In this document: positions 47,980 through 54,198 of the stretch, one piece after another
Layout: each line of letters starts with the position of its first letter
How positions within the stretch are numbered: the first letter of the stretch is position 1
Source: an uncultured Flavipsychrobacter sp.
Lineage (GTDB): Bacteria > Bacteroidota > Bacteroidia > Chitinophagales > Chitinophagaceae
NCBI GenBank assembly: GCA_964576425.1
Contig: CAZNVQ010000002.1
Span: 1 to 54,198 of the forward strand
Length of the DNA: 54,198 bases
Direction: 5' to 3'
Program-made: the position numbers and the translations under genes
The notes under the pieces: model-generated
The model's input: the letters and a program-made list of their open reading frames with translations, nothing else
What the model was told of the DNA's origin: nothing
Database searches by the model: none

Positions 47980-49233
47980 ATGCGCACTCGTTTCCTTATT
48001 GTTCTTTCCCTCATCATTCTTGGTGAAATATATAGTTTTATCCTAATTCGCTCTGCAACCAAACAACTGCAAAAGCCTTGGAACACCATTGTTCTACTAA
48101 CTTATGTAGTTATTTCAATTGCTACTTATGCTAGTTTTTTCTTCATTAGACGAATTGATTGGAGCAACCTTCCCCACCTAACCCGAAATATTTTTGTTGC
48201 CTTCACCATAGGTTTTTTTGTTGCTAAAATTTTAGCAGCCGCAGTAATGCTCATCGACGATTTGCGCAGATTAATCTTGTTTATCTTTTTGAAAATCAAG
48301 CCAGCACAAGCAGCCAACGGAATGGACATTGCTCAAAAAGTGGGTGTTAGCCGCTCACAGTTTTTGAAAACCACCGCACTGATTTTGGGCGGTTCCACCA
48401 TTGCAGGCTTTCTATATGGAATTAAAAACAGATATAATTATCAGGTTCGAAAAGTGAAACTCAATTTCAGCAATTTACCCAATTCCTTCAAGGGGTTGAA
48501 AATTGTTCAGATTTCTGACATTCATTCTGGCAGCTTCGATAATCATGAGTCGGTTGCCAAAGGGGTTGCTATGGTAATGGAACAAAAACCGGATATCATT
48601 TTTTTCACCGGAGATTTAGTGAATAATAAGGCTGAAGAGATTAAACCTTATATCGATATTTTCTCCAAGCTTTATGCTCCTCTAGGTGTTTACTCCACAT
48701 TGGGCAATCATGATTATGGCGATTATGTGGAATGGCCTTCAGCAGCAGCTAAACAAGCCAATCTTGAAGAATTGAAGCAAGTTCATCGCCAAATGGGTTG
48801 GCATTTAATGATGAACGAACATGTGGTGTTGGAAAAAAATGAAGAAAAAATAGCAGTATTAGGTATTGAAAACTGGGGTGCTAAAGCTGGTTTTCCTAAA
48901 TATGGCGACATGCGAAAAGCCTATCATGGCTTAACAGAAAAAAATATTCCATTCAAAATTTTATTGTCCCACGACCCTTCGCATTGGGATGCACAAGTGA
49001 CCTCACAATACAAGGATATTGACCTCACACTGAGCGGTCACACTCACGGAATGCAATTTGGCATCGAGATTCCAGGTTGGAAATGGAGCCCAGTCAAATA
49101 TATTTATCGCAATTGGGCAGGATTAGCACAACAAGGCAAGCAATACCTTTATGTGAATAGAGGTTATGGCTTTTTAGGCTATCCTGGCAGATTGGGCATC
49201 ATGCCCGAAATCACCTCAATTGAGTTGGTTTAA
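47980..49233 (+). CDS. Membrane-anchored metallophosphoesterase
   Basis: N-terminal TM segments. Motifs ISDIHSG, GDLVNN, GNHDY, LSGHTHG. Confidence 0.88.
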   Translation: MRTRFLIVLSLIILGEIYSFILIRSATKQLQKPWNTIVLLTYVVISIATYASFFFIRRIDWSNLPHLTRNIFVAFTIGFFVAKILAAAVMLIDDLRRLILFIFLKIKPAQAANGMDIAQKVGVSRSQFLKTTALILGGSTIAGFLYGIKNRYNYQVRKVKLNFSNLPNSFKGLKIVQISDIHSGSFDNHESVAKGVAMVMEQKPDIIFFTGDLVNNKAEEIKPYIDIFSKLYAPLGVYSTLGNHDYGDYVEWPSAAAKQANLEELKQVHRQMGWHLMMNEHVVLEKNEEKIAVLGIENWGAKAGFPKYGDMRKAYHGLTEKNIPFKILLSHDPSHWDAQVTSQYKDIDLTLSGHTHGMQFGIEIPGWKWSPVKYIYRNWAGLAQQGKQYLYVNRGYGFLGYPGRLGIMPEITSIELV

Positions 49234-49428
49234 CAGACTTATTTTCATCATCAATTCGACAACTGCTTCATCACGAGGAGCCAAGGTGTCGGCTGACAAC
49301 AATTCCCATCCTAACCATTTTGATTTTGGTTCAGAATATGATGAATGTTGAAATTTTAGTTGATTAATTTTTTCAGAATTTTTGAAGTGCTCTGAAGGCA
49401 CTAATGCTGTGCGTATAGTTTTTGCCAT
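49216..49428 (-). CDS. Questionable 70-aa ORF
   Basis: ATG-initiated ORF with coding-like composition in an otherwise 350-nt gap. It overlaps the convergent gene end by 18 nt. No family recognised. Confidence 0.25.
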   Translation of the reverse strand: MAKTIRTALVPSEHFKNSEKINQLKFQHSSYSEPKSKWLGWELLSADTLAPRDEAVVELMMKISLLNQLN

Positions 49429-49581
49429 CGGCGATTGATTTTCAAAGAAAACGACGATTCATAAAAATTATTGTAAACAACAGCATTCATTTTTCGAAGC
49501 AGCAATTTTCTATTCCAATTTCTGAAAATAGAATCCTTTTTTTCAATAGAAATATTTACTTTCCAATTTCAAAAAAAAGCT

Positions 49582-50250
49582 GTGGGACAATATTTAGTAA
49601 AAATTTTAGATGCAGAATACATCAATCATGATGTGAAAAGATTTATTGTTGAAAAACCACTTGACTACCATTTTATTCCGGGTCAAGGAACTGAAATCGC
49701 AATTGACCACCCCAATTGGAAAAATAAATTTCGTCCGTTCACATTCACCAATTTGAATAGTCAAAACTATTTGGAGTTTATGGTGAAAATATACAACATC
49801 AAAAAAGGGGTTACACACCAATTGGGCAAGACTAATGCAGGTGCAGAACTGATTATTGGCGAACCTTTTGGTGCCATCACCTACAAAGGTCCTGGTGTTT
49901 TTTTAGCTGGTGGTTCGGGCATCACACCATTCATCGCTATTTTCAGAGCTTTGTATAAAGACAATGCTTTGAGAGGAAACAAATTAATTTATTCTAATAA
50001 ATCTGTTCAAGATGTCATTCTAGCTAATGAACTTCAAAAAATGTTGAAAACCGATTTGATACCTTATTTCTCACACGAAGGCAGAATTGGTTTTGGACCA
50101 CACCGAATTGATAGGAATTTTTTGATTGCTGTAGTGAAAGATTTTAGTCAGCAATTTTATTTGTGTGGCCCTGATGATTTTGTGAAAGACTTGAGCAAAT
50201 TATTGATTGAACTTGGGGCTGAAATGAGCAGCTTGGTAGTGGAATCATAA
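49582..50250 (+). CDS. Ferredoxin-NADP-reductase-like FAD/NAD(P)-binding oxidoreductase
   Basis: GTG start. RPFTFTN (FAD-binding RxYS-like) and LAGGSGITPF (NAD-binding) motifs. Confidence 0.8.
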   Translation: MGQYLVKILDAEYINHDVKRFIVEKPLDYHFIPGQGTEIAIDHPNWKNKFRPFTFTNLNSQNYLEFMVKIYNIKKGVTHQLGKTNAGAELIIGEPFGAITYKGPGVFLAGGSGITPFIAIFRALYKDNALRGNKLIYSNKSVQDVILANELQKMLKTDLIPYFSHEGRIGFGPHRIDRNFLIAVVKDFSQQFYLCGPDDFVKDLSKLLIELGAEMSSLVVES

Positions 50251-50299
50251 TCTAGTTAGGTAACCAGTTCTTCATAGTTTAATAAGTAATGTTGAGTGC

Positions 50300-50324
50300 A
50301 ATCCTGAGTTGGCAACTCAGGATT
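50300..50324 (+). terminator. Hairpin downstream of 49582..50250
   Basis: Perfect 11-bp stem AATCCTGAGTT-GGC-AACTCAGGATT; only a weak T-tract follows. Confidence 0.45.
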
Positions 50325-50435
50325 CCTATTTCATTTATAACCACTCCATTTTTTTTACTATGTCGACAAGCAACTTACAGCTTTTTCTTTTTTGTGAAAT
50401 AATATGATGAGGAATACTCATTTCCCAAATATACT

Positions 50436-50470
50436 AAAAAGGCGAAGGCTAAGCCTTCGCCTTTCGTTTT
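50436..50470. terminator. Bidirectional terminator; ends the SprB-like/PorP operon on the minus strand
   Basis: 12-bp stem AAAGGCGAAGGC-TAA-GCCTTCGCCTTT flanked by A5 and TTTCGTTTT. Confidence 0.7.
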
Positions 50471-50512
50471 GGTCGGGCATTTTTATTGTTTGAGTATAAA
50501 TTGTTTATTGAA

Positions 50513-51586
50513 TTATAGAAAGTCGGGCTGTAGCATATCTTCAAATCTTGGGCAAACGGCTTTATAATCTCGTTTCCAAGGGAAGCGGTCTATCCATCCT
50601 CTGCTGTAAATTGAGATTTCTAGGGCTCCTTGCCCCTTGGTTACTGTACTGAGTGCAGATGTGTTGATGTCATAAGAAATTGTGTAGGTTAGCTGTTTTG
50701 CATTAATACGTACTGTGGGTATAATGGCATCATTAAGTCTATAAAAACTACCCATTGAAAAAGTGAGTATTCTTTCTTTAGTAGGATCGAAGAATGTCCA
50801 ATTGAGTAAGGCACCACTGATTAATTCGGATGCATTTCCTTGCAAAGAATAATTGATATGGGCGGTAAGACCAAGGTGTAGGTTTAGTGGTTTGGTACAG
50901 CCAAAATTGGCATTCCATTTGGGCTGCATTCTCACAAATTTTTGATTGCTATTGAATGCCGCTCGGGGCTTGTTGAGGTGAAAGCCTGCAATACCGATGT
51001 AGTAGTTCATTCTTTTCACATCACCGATGGAGCTATTGAGACTAATACCAGCACCAAAATCATAAAAGCTAATGTTGTTTTGGGTAATGTTTTCGTTAGA
51101 AGGATTATTTCCATCAAAAGTTCCTCCAATATATTGCGAAGCAAAATTCATTTTAGCCGCATTGATGTTGAACTGGGTGAAGCCACCACTAAAGCCAACA
51201 GACAAATAAGATTGCCGAGCGTCATCGAGAAATTTATTATAATTAAGTGCCGGATATACCTGTAAACAATTTAACTCAGCAGTACCCGCTTTGTCATTGA
51301 GCACAGATAAGCCAAAGCTGATATTATCATAAGAGCTGTTGGTTACTTGAAATTTTGTTTCAGCAGATAACATCATGGTTTGAAATGGAACAGAAACGGA
51401 GCTCCACTGATTTCGATAGTTGACACCAACCCTGTAGTCACCAGTGAAAATACCAGTGAGTGCTGGATTTCTCAGAAGCGGGTTGTCAAAAAATTGAGAG
51501 AAATGAACATCTTGTGCTTGAATAGGCTGACAAAGCACCAACAGCACTAAGGTATGGAGGACTGAGTATTTATTAAAACTTTTCAT
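50513..51586 (-). CDS. PorP/SprF-family type IX secretion system membrane protein
   Basis: Signal peptide followed by the signature QDVHFSQFFDNPLLRNPALTG. Beta-barrel-like remainder. Confidence 0.9.
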   Translation of the reverse strand: MKSFNKYSVLHTLVLLVLCQPIQAQDVHFSQFFDNPLLRNPALTGIFTGDYRVGVNYRNQWSSVSVPFQTMMLSAETKFQVTNSSYDNISFGLSVLNDKAGTAELNCLQVYPALNYNKFLDDARQSYLSVGFSGGFTQFNINAAKMNFASQYIGGTFDGNNPSNENITQNNISFYDFGAGISLNSSIGDVKRMNYYIGIAGFHLNKPRAAFNSNQKFVRMQPKWNANFGCTKPLNLHLGLTAHINYSLQGNASELISGALLNWTFFDPTKERILTFSMGSFYRLNDAIIPTVRINAKQLTYTISYDINTSALSTVTKGQGALEISIYSRGWIDRFPWKRDYKAVCPRFEDMLQPDFL

Positions 51587-51592
51587 AGTTAA

Positions 51593-54198
51593 TTATTTAT
51601 AGAGTGAAACATCACCTTTGATTACAAATTGTTGACCAGTGTAGCAAGTGGCTTTGACATAATAAACAAAAACACCTGGGTTGGCTGGCTCACCCTTTAT
51701 TTTACCATCCCAACCTTGGTATTGGTTATTGACATCAATATCGGCTGCCTGAAACACTATTTCTCCCCACCTATTGATTACTTTAAATTCGTTGACAATA
51801 GTGATTCCTTTTCCTTGTGGATAGAACCATTCATTATTGCCGTCGCCATTAGGGGTAAACGTATTGGCAAGGAATAACTGACTGTTGTCGCAAATGAGAT
51901 AAACAGTGATATCATCTTCAACACTGCAACCTATTTGATTGGAAACCTTTACAGTATATTTAGTTATTTCTTTTGGAGTAGCAATAGGGTCAGGACAATT
52001 ACTACATGACAATGATGATGAAGGTGTCCATTCATATAATACTGCGTTTGTGGCAATGGCATTGAGCGCCACACTATTACCTGCAATGATAGTTTTATCT
52101 GGGCCAATATCAACGGTTGGGATTGGATAAACGGTTATGGTCACCTTGCCGGTATCGATAAAACATGTTCCTTGTTTAATAATGATTAAATATTGAGTAG
52201 TAACAGCAGGAAATGCCTTTGGATTTGGAGAAGATGGATTGTCAAGTCCAAAGGATGGCTGCCATGCATAACTGTCACCGCCTGTTGCAAATAAACTAGT
52301 GGTATCGCCTTCACAAATACTATCATTTTGCCCATAGGTAATTGGTGATTTTTCTATTACGTTTATGGTAATCATGGCTGTGTCTGTACATCCTAAAGCA
52401 TTTGTGCCCGTAACAATGTAGGTAGTAGTGCTAAGAGGGCTTGCAATTGGGTTAGCACAGTTAGTGCATGAAAGTCCGCTGGCTGGCGACCAAGAAAAAC
52501 TCATATTTCCAGTAACATTTAGCTGTACTGTAGAACCAGCACAAATTGTTTTTCCAGGACCAGTTGTAATATGAGCAGGTTGTGTAATGTTGAAAGTGAC
52601 CGTTGCTGTACAATTGTTGGAATCCTTGATGGTTGCGGTGTAGCTACCAGGCAATAAATTTGAAAATGAATTTGATGATTGCCATGATGTATTATTAAGT
52701 TTAAATTGATAAGGTAAAGTACCTCCATTTCCTAATAAAACTACCGCCCCATTGCTACCACCATAACAAGATACATTGGTCAAATTTTGAATTGAAACGA
52801 CAACAGGACTTGGTTGAACTATCACAATTGGAATTGTTTTCAAACAACCATTGTTGTCTTTACAAGTAATAGTGTAGGCTCCAGAAGATAGACCAGAAAA
52901 GCTTCCTGAACTTTGATAACTACCTGTACCAATTTTAAATTGATATGGTGCAGTTCCGCCAGAGGCTGATACAGATACTGAGCCAGTACTATTTCCACTA
53001 CATAAAATATTATTTTGGCTGCTAATTGTGAGGCTCAGTGGACTTATTGGTTGTGACAGATTAACAATTAATGATTTGGTGCATCCATTGGAATCTTTCA
53101 CCATAATAGTGTAGGACCCCGCAATCAAAGCATTAAATTGATTAGAAACTTGATAGTTTCCACTGTTAAGTTTGTAAGAGTATGGAGGGGTACCTCCGGT
53201 TGGGGTTACAACTATAGCACCGGTAGAATCCCCATAGCATAAAATATTGGTTGCATTTGTAGTAGCATTTAAAATTGCATTGGGCTGCGAGATAACAACA
53301 GTAATATTTTTCAAACAATTGTTTGCATCCTTAATTGTTACGGTGTATGTCCCTGCTATTAGCCCAGTGAATGTTGGTGAATTTTGGAAGTTTCCATTTC
53401 CTATTTTATAAGTATATGGAGCAACACCACCAGAAGCAGCAATTGTAACAGAACCATTGTTGCCACCAAAACAAAGAATATTTGTTTGTGAACTAATTGT
53501 ACCGTTTAGCAATGGAGGCTGTGTGATTATAATCGTATCCGAACCAGTACACCCATAAGCATCTGTAATATTGACCCAATAAGTTCCTGCGGTTAAATTA
53601 CTTAGAGTCGAAGAGTTTTGATTGGGTACTATGTTCCAAGAATAATTAAAAGGTGGATTACCTCCCAAAACTTGGATTGACAAACTACCATTATTACCAT
53701 TGTAGCATAGCACATTAGTTTGATTCAATAGGTTGATAGTAAAAGATGATGAGTTAGGTTGTGATAAGGTAACATTTACTGTTGTAGTGCAATTATTTAA
53801 ATCTCGAACAGTAATAATGTATGTCCCAGCTGAAAGACCATTAAATGTTGGACTAGTTTGATAATTTCCATTACCAATTTTATATTGATAAGTTGGAGTA
53901 CCTCCTGTCGCACTTACAGTTACAGAACCAACGGCTCCACCTTGACAGCTCACATTGGTTTGTGCAGTAACCACTAAAGTCAATGCAGCATTTGGTTGTG
54001 TAATGGTAACATTCACTGTTGCAGTACAGTTATTAGCATCTTTTACGGTTATCGTGTAGACGCCTGCCACAAGTCCTGTGAAATTATTGGACGCTTGATA
54101 GGAACCAGTACCCAGTTTGTACTGATAAGGAGCAGTGCCACCCGTTGCAGTTATCGTAACACTTCCTGTATTATTACCAAAACATACCACATTCACTT
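51593..54198 (-). CDS. SprB-repeat surface protein with gliding-motility-associated (T9SS type-B, CHU_C-like) C-terminal domain; N-terminus beyond the window end
   Basis: Seven repeats of CxGxxxGSxxxxxxGGTxPYxYKxGxGxYQxSxxFxGLxAGxYxxTVKDxNxCT. These are followed by Ig-like modules and C-terminal FTPNGDGNNEWFYPQG...WDGKIKGEPANPGVFVYYV. The GTG start at 54196 in the track is an edge artefact. Confidence 0.9.
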   Translation of the reverse strand, partial: VNVVCFGNNTGSVTITATGGTAPYQYKLGTGSYQASNNFTGLVAGVYTITVKDANNCTATVNVTITQPNAALTLVVTAQTNVSCQGGAVGSVTVSATGGTPTYQYKIGNGNYQTSPTFNGLSAGTYIITVRDLNNCTTTVNVTLSQPNSSSFTINLLNQTNVLCYNGNNGSLSIQVLGGNPPFNYSWNIVPNQNSSTLSNLTAGTYWVNITDAYGCTGSDTIIITQPPLLNGTISSQTNILCFGGNNGSVTIAASGGVAPYTYKIGNGNFQNSPTFTGLIAGTYTVTIKDANNCLKNITVVISQPNAILNATTNATNILCYGDSTGAIVVTPTGGTPPYSYKLNSGNYQVSNQFNALIAGSYTIMVKDSNGCTKSLIVNLSQPISPLSLTISSQNNILCSGNSTGSVSVSASGGTAPYQFKIGTGSYQSSGSFSGLSSGAYTITCKDNNGCLKTIPIVIVQPSPVVVSIQNLTNVSCYGGSNGAVVLLGNGGTLPYQFKLNNTSWQSSNSFSNLLPGSYTATIKDSNNCTATVTFNITQPAHITTGPGKTICAGSTVQLNVTGNMSFSWSPASGLSCTNCANPIASPLSTTTYIVTGTNALGCTDTAMITINVIEKSPITYGQNDSICEGDTTSLFATGGDSYAWQPSFGLDNPSSPNPKAFPAVTTQYLIIIKQGTCFIDTGKVTITVYPIPTVDIGPDKTIIAGNSVALNAIATNAVLYEWTPSSSLSCSNCPDPIATPKEITKYTVKVSNQIGCSVEDDITVYLICDNSQLFLANTFTPNGDGNNEWFYPQGKGITIVNEFKVINRWGEIVFQAADIDVNNQYQGWDGKIKGEPANPGVFVYYVKATCYTGQQFVIKGDVSLYK
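52575..54198 (-). repeat. Tandem in-frame SprB-type repeat array (period about 235 nt)
   Basis: Seven diverged copies visible in the translation. Confidence 0.8.

Noticed and set aside
54196-54198. GTG start of the last ORF in the track
   Set aside because: It is an edge artefact. The SprB-repeat pattern is already mid-repeat at the window edge, so the gene continues upstream of the window.

Overview
AT-rich chromosomal segment from a Bacteroidota genome (Flavobacteriia/Cytophagia-like). The phylum call rests on T9SS C-terminal sorting domains, a PorP/SprF gene, SprB repeats, and three promoters that fit TTG-19 nt-TAnnTTTG. About 46 protein genes, one tRNA-Gln(UUG) and one frameshifted GNAT pseudogene are supported. 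Most of the window is housekeeping: recG, recA, rpsL-rpsG, lipA, mrdA-rodA, hutI, dprA, parA-parB, PNP, NamZ-like, an FKBP PPIase and an ExbB/ExbD pair. Interleaved with these are accessory cell-surface loci. The first is a >1616-aa beta-helix/GEVED surface protein at 1..4850 (minus). It is absent from the supplied ORF track because it has no stop codon inside the window. The second is a 1220-aa protein of about 13 tandem Ig-like repeats with a T9SS type-A CTD and a near-identical internal duplication. The third is a SprB-repeat protein with a type-B CTD, coupled to its own PorP/SprF gene. The fourth is a tightly packed operon: LVIVD/choice-of-anchor-B-like T9SS cargo, putative porin, OMP, then lipA. 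I found no rRNA, CRISPR, transposase, integrase or recognisable defence system. I see no clear novel system. The most system-like unexplained units are the surface/outer-membrane operon at 18.0-22.4 kb, a LytS/LytTR pair whose sensor has His-rich periplasmic loops, and several orphan lipoproteins. Two genes (recG and a small lipoprotein) have conserved N-termini that lie upstream of any ATG/GTG/TTG, at ATT/ATA codons. At least three frameshifts are present, two of them at T5 runs. These anomalies are either real biology or a sequence-quality issue, so resequencing should come first. All calls come from reading translations by eye; no searches were run.
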